Assembly (NCBI GenBank): GCA_964057225.1
Contig: OZ059897.1
Span: forward strand, 18,042,001 to 18,106,000
Origin: Auanema rhodensis
Lineage: Eukaryota > Animalia > Nematoda
DNA: 64,000 nt
Direction: 5' to 3'
Below the pieces are notes generated by a model. The model did no database searches, was not told where the DNA came from, and saw only the letters and a program-made list of their open reading frames with translations. The translations under genes were made by a program, and so were the position numbers. This document shows, one piece after another, positions 33,545 to 46,900 of the stretch (its first letter is position 1; each line of letters starts with the position of its first letter).

Positions 33545-34467
33545 CAAACTCCTTTGAGGGAGTAACAGCAGAGACTAAGAGACTCCTAAACGAATCCTGG
33601 GCCCCAGGAACACGCAAACAGTACGGCTGTGCTCTCAAGAACTGGAAAGCTTACTGCAATAAGCAGAAGATACCTTTTACTCCCAACCCAGTAACGGTTG
33701 CTAACTATCTATCATTTCTCGCTCAAACTAAGGCCTTCTCCACAGTACGCATACACAAGGTAGCGATATCCGCATTGGCCGATCACCTAGGGGTCTCCCC
33801 CTCCCTAAAGGATAACGTGCTGCTCCTCCGCCTCATGAGGGGTTTGTTCAGAGAGAAGCCTTCAGGGGCTAGGTACGTAGACACCTGGGACCCCTCCGAA
33901 GTCTTGGACTTCCTTGATAGGCTGGGCCCCAACGTCCAACTCAGCCTAGAGTCTCTCACTCACAAGCTAGCCACTCTATTGGCCCTATGCTCTCCAAAGA
34001 GGGTGAGCGAATTGGCCGTTTTCTCCCTAGATCACATGCGTATCGACGCAGAAGGGTTAACTTTCTTCATAAATAAACGCAATAAAAACAGATCTAAGGG
34101 ACCCCCGCATGAGGCGAAGTTCGAGAACTTCCCCACACGCAATAACCTGTGCCCTATTAACTGCATAAATGAATACCTATCTCGAACCATGGAACTCCGC
34201 CGAACAAGATGCCTCTTTCTTAACAGAAAGAATGGAGCAGCTGTGGAACCCACCACCATTTCTGGTTGGATTAGAAAGACCCTGCACAGCGCGGGCATAC
34301 CCACTACCTTCAAAGCTCACTCAACACGCTCGGCTGTGACCTCGAAGGCACTAGCGCAAGGTCTACCTATAGGCGACATCCTCAAGGCGGCTAACTGGGC
34401 TTCAGAAAAAACCTTCTTCACCCACTATGAGCGAAGAACCTCGTTCCAGTCCAAGATTCTTTTTTGA
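33199..34467 (+). CDS. DIRS tyrosine recombinase (overlaps the end of pol; start uncertain)
   Basis: GTRKQY N-terminal domain, KRVSEL (R), AHSTR (HxxR), ANW, HY catalytic motifs. Confidence 0.95.
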   Translation: MERQMRPFLLLLSRLRRIRSERTLVQLAAAARRITLRISTFPPPTQDLRKARQLPEVGYSDSTILEEPNVVSPTPREIQGASLAAPTPEPAVRPGRKPTSSPAVAEFPISSVEDLTNSFEGVTAETKRLLNESWAPGTRKQYGCALKNWKAYCNKQKIPFTPNPVTVANYLSFLAQTKAFSTVRIHKVAISALADHLGVSPSLKDNVLLLRLMRGLFREKPSGARYVDTWDPSEVLDFLDRLGPNVQLSLESLTHKLATLLALCSPKRVSELAVFSLDHMRIDAEGLTFFINKRNKNRSKGPPHEAKFENFPTRNNLCPINCINEYLSRTMELRRTRCLFLNRKNGAAVEPTTISGWIRKTLHSAGIPTTFKAHSTRSAVTSKALAQGLPIGDILKAANWASEKTFFTHYERRTSFQSKILF

Positions 34468-34469
34468 AG

Positions 34470-34542
34470 AAGCATTTCGAATAAATATAATTATTCTATT
34501 TTACTAGTCTACGACGTTAAATAAGAATTATATTTATTCGAA
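34470..34542. repeat. DIRS internal complementary region (ICR)
   Basis: First part is complementary to the left ITR start, second part to the right ITR end plus 3' extension, i.e. the reverse complement of the circle junction. Confidence 0.93.
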
Positions 34543-34788
34543 TATCTCCCACCTCCACCCCTACTGCGCTCCCGCTAACCAACCTGAGGACTTCCACTCG
34601 AGCTCGCCCACTTTCGATGTCTTTATCATAACTTTCCAGATTCAAGCCTGCACAACGCACCAACTACGACCGCAAGAGATAGATTAGCATGCTGCCTGCT
34701 ATCCGCAGCCTTTCCTTTCCTTCTGTTACTATTGTTCTTTTATTTTCTTATTGTTATGCTGCCTTTCTATTCTTCCTTTTTTGGACAC

Positions 34789-34968
34789 CTGAAATGAATA
34801 AGGACGATCGCTTACTCTCACTGTTTCCCGCCCAAAGAAACGTGGGAAAGGGAACCTGAGAGATAATTTGAATTTTTTTGTTTGTTTTATGTGAGGACCA
34901 ATTACGAAATAAAGCATTTCGAATAAATATAATTCTTATTTAACGTCGTAGACTAGTAAAATAGAAGA
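34789..34968 (-). repeat. DIRS right ITR (34789-34933) plus 3' extension (34934-34968)
   Basis: Inverted copy of the left ITR followed by TCTTATTTAACGTCGTAGACTAGTAAAATAGAAGA, complementary to the ICR. Confidence 0.93.
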
Positions 34969-37900
34969 ATTGCTTCCAAAAACATTTTGACAAAAATTTT
35001 TTCGAAAAATTTCAAAATAGTTTACTAAAAAGTAGATGTTTTTAGATTCCATTTTTCAAGGCAAAGACGATGGACAATGTTATTCAACGAAAAAATTAAT
35101 TCTTCAGGGTGAAAATCGAGGATATAAGTGTGAACTTATATCAGTTGATATCTCGGTGCATTTTTAAGCTAGCGCAAATCTGATAACACAGATCGACGCA
35201 GCTTAAAAATCCGCATCGAATGCACTATACTACATTGAGAAACGCTTAATACAAAAATTAGTTATAATCGTTTGAAAAATGATGCATTAGTGTATGTTGA
35301 GTTTCCATGTACACTCAACATTGCTTCCAAAAACATTTTGACAAAAATTTTTTCGAAAAATTTCAAAATAATTTAGCAAAAAGTAGATGTTTTTAGATTC
35401 CATTTTTCAAGGCAAAGACGATGGACAATGTTATTCAACGAAAAAATTAATTCTTCAGGGTGAAAATCGAAGATATAAGTGTGAACTTATATCAGTTGAT
35501 ATCTCGGTGCATTTTTAAGCTAGCGCAAATCTGATAACACAGATCGACGCAGCTTAAAAATCCGCATCGAATGCACTATACTACATTGAGAAACGCTTAA
35601 TACAAAAATTAGTTATAATCGTTTGAAAAATGATGCATTAGTGTATGTTGAGTTTCCATGTACACTCAACATTGCTTCCAAAAACATTTTGACAAAAATT
35701 TTTTCGAAAAATTTCAAAATAATTTAGCAAAAAGTAGATGTTTTTAGATTCCATTTTTCAAGGCAAAGACGATGGACAATGTTATTCAACGAAAAAATTA
35801 ATTCTTCAGGGTGAAAATCGAGGATATAAGTGTGAACTTATATCAGTTGATATCTCGGTGCATTTTTAAGCTAGCGCAAATCTGATAACACAGATCGACG
35901 CAGCTTAAAAATCCGCATCGAATGCACTATACTACATTGAGAAACGCTTGATACAAAAATTAGTTATAATCGTTTGAAAAATGATGCATTAGTGTATGTT
36001 GAGTTTCCATGTACACTTAACATTGCTTCCAAAAACATTTTGACAAAAATTTTTTCGAAAAATTTCAAAATAGTTTACCAAAAAGTAGATGTTTTTAGAT
36101 TCCATTTTTCAAGGCAAAGACGATGGACAATGTTATTCAACGAAAAAATTAATTCTTCAGGGTGAAAATCGAGGATATAAGTGTGAACTTATATCAGTTG
36201 ATATCTCGGTGCATTTTTAAGCTAGCGCAAATCTGATAACACAGATCGACGCAGCTTAAAAATCCGGATCGAATGCACTATACTACATTGAGAAACGCTT
36301 AATACAAAAATTAGTTATGATCGTTTGAAAAATGATGCATTAGTGTATGTTGAGTTTCCATGTACACTCAACATTGCTTCCAAAAACATTTTGACAAAAA
36401 CTTTTTCGAAAAATTTCAAAATAATTTAGCAAAAAGTAGATGTTTTTAGATTCCATTTTTCAAGGCAAAGACGATGGACAATGTTATTCAACGAAAAAAT
36501 TAATTCTTCAGGGTGAAAATCGAGGATATAAGTGTGAACTTATATCAGTTGATATCTCGGTGCATTTTTAAGCTAGCGCAAATCTGATAACACAGATCGA
36601 CGCAGCTTAAAAATCCGCATCGAATGCACTATACTACATTGAGAAACGCTTAATACAAAAATTAGTTATAATCGTTTGAAAAATGATGCATTAGTGTATG
36701 TTGAGTTTCCATGTACACTCAACATTGCTTCCAAAAACATTTTGACAAAAATTTTTTCGAAAAATTTCAAAATAATTTAGCAAAAAGTAGATGTTTTTAG
36801 ATTCCATTTTTCAAGGCAAAGACGATGGACAATGTTATTCAACGAAAAAATTAATTCTTCAGGGTGAAAATCGAGGATATAAGTGTGAACTTATATCAGT
36901 TGATATCTCGGTGCATTTTTAAGCTAGCGCAAATCTGATAACACAGATCGACGCAGCTTAAAAATCCGGATCGAATGCACTATACTACATTGAGAAACGC
37001 TTAATACAAAAATTAGTTATGATCGTTTGAAAAATGATGCATTAGTGTATGTTGAGTTTCCATGTACACTCAACATTGCTTCCAAAAACATTTTGACAAA
37101 AACTTTTTCGAAAAATTTCAAAATAATTTAGCAAAAAGTAGATGTTTTTAGATTCCATTTTTCAAGGCAAAGACGATGGACAATGTTATTCAACGAAAAA
37201 ATTAATTCTTCAGGGTGAAAATCGAGGATATAAGTGTGAACTTATATCAGTTGATATCTCGGTGCATTTTTAAGCAAGCGCAAATCTGATAACACAGATC
37301 GACGCAGCTTAAAAATCCGCATCGAATGCACTATACTACATTGAGAAACGCTTAATACAAAAATTAGTTATAATCGTTTGAAAAATGATGCATTAGTAAT
37401 TTTGAGTTTCCATGTACACTCAACATTGCTTCCAAAAACATTTTGACAAAAATTTTTTCGAAAAATTTCAAAATAATTTAGCAAAAAGTAGATGTTTTTA
37501 GATTCCATTTTTCAAGGCAAAGACGATGGACAATGTTATTCAACGAAAAAATTAATTCTTCAGGGTGAAAATCGAGGATATAAGTGTGAACTTATATCAG
37601 TTGATATCTCGGTGCATTTTTAAGCTAGCGCAAATCTGATAACACAGATCGACGCAGCTTAAAAATCCGCATCGAATGCACTATACTACATTGAGAAACG
37701 CTTAATACAAAAATTAGTTATAATCGTTTGAAAAATGATGCATTAGTGTATGTTGAGTTTCCATGTACACTCAACATTGCTTCCAAAAACATTTTGACAA
37801 AAATTTTTTCGAAAAATTTCAAAATAATTTAGCAAAAAGTAGATGTTTTTAGATTCCATTTTTCAAGGCAAAGACGATGGACAATGTTATTCAACGAAAA

Positions 37901-40900
37901 AATTAATTCTTCAGGGTGAAAATCGAAGATATAAGTGTGAACTTATATCAGTTGATATCTCGGTGCATTTTTAAGCTAGCGCAAATCTGATAACACAGAT
38001 CGACGCAGCTTAAAAATCCGCATCGAATGCACTATACTACATTGAGAAACGCTTAATACAAAAATTAGTTATAATCGTTTGAAAAATGATGCATTAGTGT
38101 ATGTTGAGTTTCCATGTACACTCAACATTGCTTCCAAAAACATTTTGACAAAAATTTTTTCGAAAAATTTCAAAATAATTTAGCAAAAAGTAGATGTTTT
38201 TAGATTCCATTTTTCAAGGCAAAGACGATGGACAATGTTATTCAACGAAAAAATTAATTCTTCAGGGTGAAAATCGAGGATATAAGTGTGAACTTATATC
38301 AGTTGATATCTCGGTGCATTTTTAAGCTAGCGCAAATCTGATAACACAGATCGACGCAGCTTAAAAATCCGCATCGAATGCACTATACTACATTGAGAAA
38401 CGCTTGATACAAAAATTAGTTATAATCGTTTGAAAAATGATGCATTAGTGTATGTTGAGTTTCCATGTACACTTAACATTGCTTCCAAAAACATTTTGAC
38501 AAAAATTTTTTCGAAAAATTTCAAAATAGTTTACCAAAAAGTAGATGTTTTTAGATTCCATTTTTCAAGGCAAAGACGATGGACAATGTTATTTAACGAA
38601 AAAATTAATTCTTCAGGGTGAAAATCGAGGATATAAGTGTGAACTTATATCAGTTGATATCTCGGTGCATTTTTAAGCTAGCGCAAATCTGATAACACAG
38701 ATCGACGCAGCTTAAAAATCCGCATCGAATGCACTATACTACATTGAGAAACGCTTGATACAAAAATTAGTTATGATCGTTTGAAAAATGATGCATTAGT
38801 GTATGTTGAGTTTCCATGTACACTTAACATTGCTTCCAAAAACATCTTGACAAAACTTTTTTCGAAAAATTTCAAAATAGTTTACCAAAAAGTAGATGTT
38901 TTTAGATTCCATTTTTCAAGGCAAAGACGATGGACAATGTTATTCAACGAAAAAATTAATTCTTCAGGGTGAAAATCGAGGATATAAGTGTGAACTTATA
39001 TCAGTTGATATCTCGGTGCATTTTTAAGCTAGCGCAAATCTGATAACACAGATCGACGCAGCTTAAAAATCCGCATCGAATGCACTATACTACATTGAGA
39101 AACGCTTGATACAAAAATTAGTTATGATCGTTTGAAAAATGATGCATTAGTGTATGTTGAGTTTCCATGTACACTCAACATTGCTTCCAAAAACATTTTG
39201 ACAAAAATTTTTTCGAAAAATTTCAAAATAATTTAGCAAAAAGTAGATGTTTTTAGATTCCATTTTTCAAGGCAAAGACGATGGACAATGTTATTCAACG
39301 AAAAAATTAATTCTTCAGGGTGAAAATCGAGGATATAAGTGTGAACTTATATCAGTTGATATCTCGGTGCATTTTTAAACTAGCGCAAATCTGATAACAC
39401 AGATCGACGCAGCTTAAAAATCCGCATCGAATGCACTATACTACATCGAGAAACGCTCAATACAAAAATTAGTTATGATCGTTTGAAAAATGATGCATTA
39501 GTGTATGTTGAGTTTCCATGTACACTCAACATTGCTTCCAAAAACATTTTGACAAAAATTTTTTCGAAAAATTTCAAAATAATTTAGCAAAAAGTAGATG
39601 TTTTTAGATTCCATTTTTCAAGGCAAAGACGATGGACAATGTTATTCAACGAAAAAATTAATTCTTCAGGGTGAAAATCGAGGATAAAAGTGTGAACTTA
39701 TATCAGTTGATATCTCGGTGCATTTTTAAGCTAGCGCAAATCTGATAACACAGATCGACGCAGCTTAAAAATCCGCATCGAATGCACTATACTACATTGA
39801 GAAACGCTTAATACAAAAATTAGTTATGATCGTTTGAAAAATGATGCATTAGTGTATGTTGAGTTTCCATGTACACTCAACATTGCTTCCAAAAACATTT
39901 TGACAAAAATTTTTTCGAAAAATTTCAAAATAGTTTAGCAAAAAGTAGATGTTTTTAGATTCCATTTTTCAAGGCAAAGACGATGGACAATGTTATTCAA
40001 CGAAAAAATTAATTCTTCAGGGTGAAAATCGAGGATAAAAGTGTGAACTTATATCAGTTGATATCTCGGTGCATTTTTAAGCTAGCGCAAATCTGATAAC
40101 ACAGATCGACGCAGCTTAAAAATCCGCATCGAATGCACTATACTACATTGAGAAACGCTTGATACAAAAATTAGTTATAATCGTTTGAAAAATGATGCAT
40201 TAGTGTATGTTGAGTTTCCATGTACACTTAACATTGCTTCCAAAAACATTTTGACAAAAATTTTTTCGAAAAATTTCAAAATAGTTTACCAAAAAGTAGA
40301 TGTTTTTAGATTCCATTTTTCAAGGCAAAGACGATGGACAATGTTATTTAACGAAAAAATTAATTCTTCAGGGTGAAAATCGAGGATATAAGTGTGAACT
40401 TATATCAGTTGATATCTCGGTGCATTTTTAAGCTAGCGCAAATCTGATAACACAGATCGACGCAGCTTAAAAATCCGCATCGAATGCACTATACTACATT
40501 GAGAAACGCTTGATACAAAAATTAGTTATGATCGTTTGAAAAATGATGCATTAGTGTATGTTGAGTTTCCATGTACACTTAACATTGCTTCCAAAAACAT
40601 TTTGACAAAACTTTTTTCGAAAAATTTCAAAATAGTTTACCAAAAAGTAGATGTTTTTAGATTCCATTTTTCAAGGCAAAGACGATGGACAATGTTATTC
40701 AACGAAAAAATTAATTCTTCAGGGTGAAAATCGAGGATATAAGTGTGAACTTATATCAGTTGATATCTCGGTGCATTTTTAAGCTAGCGCAAATCTGATA
40801 ACACAGATCGACGCAGCTTAAAAATCCGCATCGAATGCACTATACTACATTGAGAAACGCTTGATACAAAAATTAGTTATGATCGTTTGAAAAATGATGC

Positions 40901-43900
40901 ATTAGTGTATGTTGAGTTTCCATGTACACTCAACATTGCTTCCAAAAACATTTTGACAAAAATTTTTTCGAAAAATTTCAAAATAATTTAGCAAAAAGTA
41001 GATGTTTTTAGATTCCATTTTTCAAGGCAAAGACGATGGACAATGTTATTCAACGAAAAAATTAATTCTTCAGGGTGAAAATCGAGGATATAAGTGTGAA
41101 CTTATATCAGTTGATATCTCGGTGCATTTTTAAACTAGCGCAAATCTGATAACACAGATCGACGCAGCTTAAAAATCCGCATCGAATGCACTATACTACA
41201 TCGAGAAACGCTCAATACAAAAATTAGTTATGATCGTTTGAAAAATGATGCATTAGTGTATGTTGAGTTTCCATGTACACTCAACATTGCTTCCAAAAAC
41301 ATTTTGACAAAAATTTTTTCGAAAAATTTCAAAATAATTTAGCAAAAAGTAGATGTTTTTAGATTCCATTTTTCAAGGCAAAGACGATGGACAATGTTAT
41401 TCAACGAAAAAATTAATTCTTCAGGGTGAAAATCGAGGATAAAAGTGTGAACTTATATCAGTTGATATCTCGGTGCATTTTTAAGCTAGCGCAAATCTGA
41501 TAACACAGATCGACGCAGCTTAAAAATCCGCATCGAATGCACTATACTACATTGAGAAACGCTTAATACAAAAATTAGTTATGATCGTTTGAAAAATGAT
41601 GCATTAGTGTATGTTGAGTTTCCATGTACACTCAACATTGCTTCCAAAAACATTTTGACAAAAATTTTTTCGAAAAATTTCAAAATAGTTTAGCAAAAAG
41701 TAGATGTTTTTAGATTCCATTTTTCAAGGCAAAGACGATGGACAATGTTATTCAACGAAAAAATTAATTCTTCAGGGTGAAAATCGAGGATAAAAGTGTG
41801 AACTTATATCAGTTGATATCTCGGTGCATTTTTAAGCTAGCGCAAATCTGATAACACAGATCGACGCAGCTTAAAAATCCGCATCGAATGCACTATACTA
41901 CATTGAGAAACGCTTAATACAAAAATTAGTTAAGATCGTTTGAAAAATGATGCATTAGTGTATGTTGAGTTTCCATGTACACTCAACATTGCTTCCAAAA
42001 ACATTTTGACAAAAATTTTTTCGAAAAATTTCAAAATAATTTAGCAAAAAGTAGATGTTTTTAGATTCCATTTTTCAAGGCAAAGACGATGGACAATGTT
42101 ATTCAACGAAAAAATTATTTCTTCAGGGTGAAAATCGAGGATATAAGTGTGAACTTATATCAGTTGATATCTCGGTGCATTTTTAAGCTAGCGCAAATCT
42201 GATAACACAGATCGACGCAGCTTAAAAATCCGCATCGAATGCACTATACTACATTGAGAAACGCTTAATACAAAAATTAGTTATAATCGTTTGAAAAATG
42301 ATGCATTAGTGTATGTTGAGTTTCCATGTACACTTAACATTGCTTCCAAAAACATTTTGACAAAACTTTTTTCGAAAAATTTCAAAATAGTTTACCAAAA
42401 AGTAGATGTTTTTAGATTCCATTTTTCAAGGCAAAGACGATGGACAATGTTATTCAACGAAAAAATTAATTCTTCAGGGTGAAAATCGAGGATATAAGTG
42501 TGAACTTATATCAGTTGATATCTCGGTGCATTTTTAAGCTAGCGCAAATCTGATAACACAGATCGACGCAGCTTAAAAATCCGCATCGAATGCACTATAC
42601 TACATTGAGAAACGCTTGATACAAAAATTAGTTATGATCGTTTGAAAAATGATGCATTAGTGTATGTTGAGTTTCCATGTACACTCAACATTGCTTCCAA
42701 AAACATTTTGACAAAAATTTTTTCGAAAAATTTCAACATAATTTAGCAAAAAGTAGATGTTTTTAGATTCCATTTTTCAAGGCAAAGACGATGGACAATG
42801 TTATTCAACGAAAAAATTAATTCTTCAGGGTGAAAATCGAGGATATAAGTGTGAACTTATATCAGTTGATATCTCGGTGCATTTTTAAGCTAGCGCAAAT
42901 CTGATAACACAGATCGACGCAGCTTAAAAATCCGCATCGAATGCACTATACTACATTGAGAAACGCTTGATACAAAAATTAGTTATGATCGTTTGAAAAA
43001 TGATGCATTAGTGTATGTTGAGTTTCCATGTACACTCAACATTGCTTCCAAAAACATTTTGACAAAAATTTTTTCGAAAAATTTCAAAATAATTTAGCAA
43101 AAAGTAGATGTTTTTAGATTCCATTTTTCAAGGCAAAGACGATGGACAATGTTATTCAACGAAAAAATTAATTCTTCAGGGTGAAAATCGAGGATATAAG
43201 TGTGAACTTATATCAGTTGATATCTCGGTGCATTTTTAAGCTAGCGCAAATCTGATAACACAGATCGACGCAGCTTAAAAATCCGCATCGAATGCACTAT
43301 ACTACATTGAGAAACGCTTAATACAAAAATTAGTTATAATCGTTTGAAAAATGATGCATTAGTGTATGTTGAGTTTCCATGTACACTTAACATTGCTTCC
43401 AAAAACATTTTGACAAAAATTTTTTCGAAAAATTTCAAAATAGTTTAGCAAAAAGTAGATGTTTTTAGATTCCATTTTTCAAGGCAAAGACGATGGACAA
43501 TGTTATTCAACGAAAAAATTAATTCTTCAGGGTGAAAATCGAGGATATAAGTGTGAACTTATATCAGTTGATATCTCGGTGCATTTTTAAGCTAGCGCAA
43601 ATCTGATAACACAGATCGACGCAGCTTAAAAATCCGCATCGAATGCACTATACTACATTGAGAAACGCTTAATACAAAAATTAGTTATAATCGTTTGAAA
43701 AATGATGCATTAGTGTATGTTGAGTTTCCATGTACACTCAACATTGCTTCCAAAAACATTTTGACAAAAATTTTTTCGAAAAATTTCAAAATAATTTAGC
43801 AAAAAGTAGATGTTTTTAGATTCCATTTTTCAAGGCAAAGACGATGGACAATGTTATTCAACGAAAAAATTAATTCTTCAGGGTGAAAATCGAGGATATA

Positions 43901-46900
43901 AGTGTGAACTTATATCAGTTGATATCTCGGTGCATTTTTAAGCTAGCGCAAATCTGATAACACAGATCGACGCAGCTTAAAAATCCGCATCGAATGCACT
44001 ATACTACATTGAGAAACGCTTAATACAAAAATTAGTTATGATCGTTTGAAAAATGATGCATTAGTGTATGTTGAGTTTCCATGTACACTCAACATTGCTT
44101 CCAAAAACATTTTGACAAAAATTTTTTCGAAAAATTTCAAAATAATTTAGCAAAAAGTAGATGTTTTTGGATTCCTTTTTTCAAGGCAAAGACGATGGAC
44201 AATGTTATTCAACGAAAAAATTATTTCTTCAGGGTGAAAATCGAGGATATAAGTGTGAACTTATATCAGTTGATATATCGGTGCATTTTTAAGCTAGCGC
44301 AAATCTGATAACACAGATCGACGCAGCTTAAAAATCCGCATCGAATGCACTATACTACATTGAGAAACGCTTAATACAAAAATTAGTTATAATCGTTTGA
44401 AAAATGATGCATTAGTGTATGTTGAGTTTCCATGTACACTTAACATTGCTTCCAAAAACATTTTGACAAAACTTTTTTCGAAAAATTTCAAAATAGTTTA
44501 CCAAAAAGTAGATGTTTTTAGATTCCATTTTTCAAGGCAAAGACGATGGACAATGTTATTCAACGAAAAAATTAATTCTTCAGGGTGAAAATCGAGGATA
44601 TAAGTGTGAACTTATATCAGTTGATATCTCGGTGCATTTTTAAGCTAGCGCAAATCTGATAACACAGATCGACGCAGCTTAAAAATCCGCATCGAATGCA
44701 CTATACTACATTGAGAAACGCTTGATACAAAAATTAGTTATGATCGTTTGAAAAATGATGCATTAGTGTATGTTGAGTTTCCATGTACACTCAACATTGC
44801 TTCCAAAAACATTTTGACAAAAATTTTTTCGAAAAATTTCAAAATAATTTAGCAAAAAGTAGATGTTTTTAGATTCCATTTTTCAAGGCAAAGACGATGG
44901 ACAATGTTATTCAACGAAAAAATTAATTCTTCAGGGTGAAAATCGAGGATATAAGTGTGAACTTATATCAGTTGATATCTCGGTGCATTTTTAAGCTAGC
45001 GCAAATCTGATAACACAGATCGACGCAGCTTAAAAATCCGCATCGAATGCACTATACTACATTGAGAAACGCTTAATACAAAAATTAGTTATAATCGTTT
45101 GAAAAATGATGCATTAGTGTATGTTGAGTTTCCATGTACACTCAACATTGCTTCCAAAAACATTTTGACAAAAATTTTTTCGAAAAATTTCAAAATAATT
45201 TAGCAAAAAGTAGATGTTTTTAGATTCCATTTTTCAAGGCAAAGACGATGGACAATGTTATTCAACGAAAAAATTAATTCTTCAGGGTGAAAATCGAGGA
45301 TATAAGTGTGAACTTATATCAGTTGATATCTCGGTGCATTTTTAAGCTAGCGCAAATCTGATAACACAGATCGACGCAGCTTAAAAATCCGCATCGAATG
45401 CACTATACTACATTGAGAAACGCTTAATACAAAAATTAGTTATGATCGTTTGAAAAATGATGCATTAGTGTATGTTGAGTTTCCATGTACACTCAACATT
45501 GCTTCCAAAAACATTTTGACAAAAATTTTTTCGAAAAATTTCAAAATAATTTAGCAAAAAGTAGATGTTTTTGGATTCCTTTTTTCAAGGCAAAGACGAT
45601 GGACAATGTTATTCAACGAAAAAATTATTTCTTCAGGGTGAAAATCGAGGATATAAGTGTGAACTTATATCAGTTGATATATCGGTGCATTTTTAAGCTA
45701 GCGCAAATCTGATAACACAGATCGACGCAGCTTAAAAATCCGCATCGAATGCACTATACTACATTGAGAAACGCTTAATACAAAAATTAGTTATAATCGT
45801 TTGAAAAATGATGCATTAGTGTATGTTGAGTTTCCATGTACACTTAACATTGCTTCCAAAAACATTTTGACAAAACTTTTTTCGAAAAATTTCAAAATAG
45901 TTTACCAAAAAGTAGATGTTTTTAGATTCCATTTTTCAAGGCAAAGACGATGGACAATGTTATTCAACGAAAAAATTAATTCTTCAGGGTGAAAATCGAG
46001 GATATAAGTGTGAACTTATATCAGTTGATATCTCGGTGCATTTTTAAGCTAGCGCAAATCTGATAACACAGATCGACGCAGCTTAAAAATCCGCATCGAA
46101 TGCACTATACTACATTGAGAAACGCTTGATACAAAAATTAGTTATGATCGTTTGAAAAATGATGCATTAGTGTATGTTGAGTTTCCATGTACACTCAACA
46201 TTGCTTCCAAAAACATTTTGACAAAAATTTTTTCGAAAAATTTCAAAATAATTTAGCAAAAAGTAGATGTTTTTAGATTCCATTTTTCAAGGCAAAGACG
46301 ATGGACAATGTTATTCAACGAAAAAATTAATTCTTCAGGGTGAAAATCGAGGATATAAGTGTGAACTTATATCAGTTGATATCTCGGTGCATTTTTAAGC
46401 TAGCGCAAATCTGATAACACAGATCGACGCAGCTTAAAAATCCGCATCGAATGCACTATACTACATTGAGAAACGCTTGATACAAAAATTAGTTATGATC
46501 GTTTGAAAAATGATGCATTAGTGTATGTTGAGTTTCCATGTACACTCAACATTGCTTCCAAAAACATTTTGACAAAAATTTTTTCGAAAAATTTCAAAAT
46601 AATTTAGCAAAAAGTAGATGTTTTTAGATTCCATTTTTCAAGGCAAAGACGATGGACAATGTTATTCAACGAAAAAATTAATTCTTCAGGGTGAAAATCG
46701 AGGATATAAGTGTGAACTTATATCAGTTGATATCTCGGTGCATTTTTAAGCTAGCGCAAATCTGATAACACAGATCGACGCAGCTTAAAAATCCGCATCG
46801 AATGCACTATACTACATTGAGAAACGCTTGATACAAAAATTAGTTATGATCGTTTGAAAAATGATGCATTAGTGTATGTTGAGTTTCCATGTACACTCAA

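Larger units (their letters stand above)
30546..34971 (+). mobile_element. DIRS1-like tyrosine-recombinase retrotransposon, apparently full length
   Basis: ITRs, 3' extension, ICR, RT-RNaseH-MT and YR ORFs; ATT trinucleotide at both junctions (30546-30548, 34969-34971); GC-rich compared with the satellite. Confidence 0.97.

Noticed and set aside
31153-34313. Short antisense and alternate-frame ORFs within the DIRS and Maverick genes
   Set aside because: Shadow ORFs of longer motif-bearing genes
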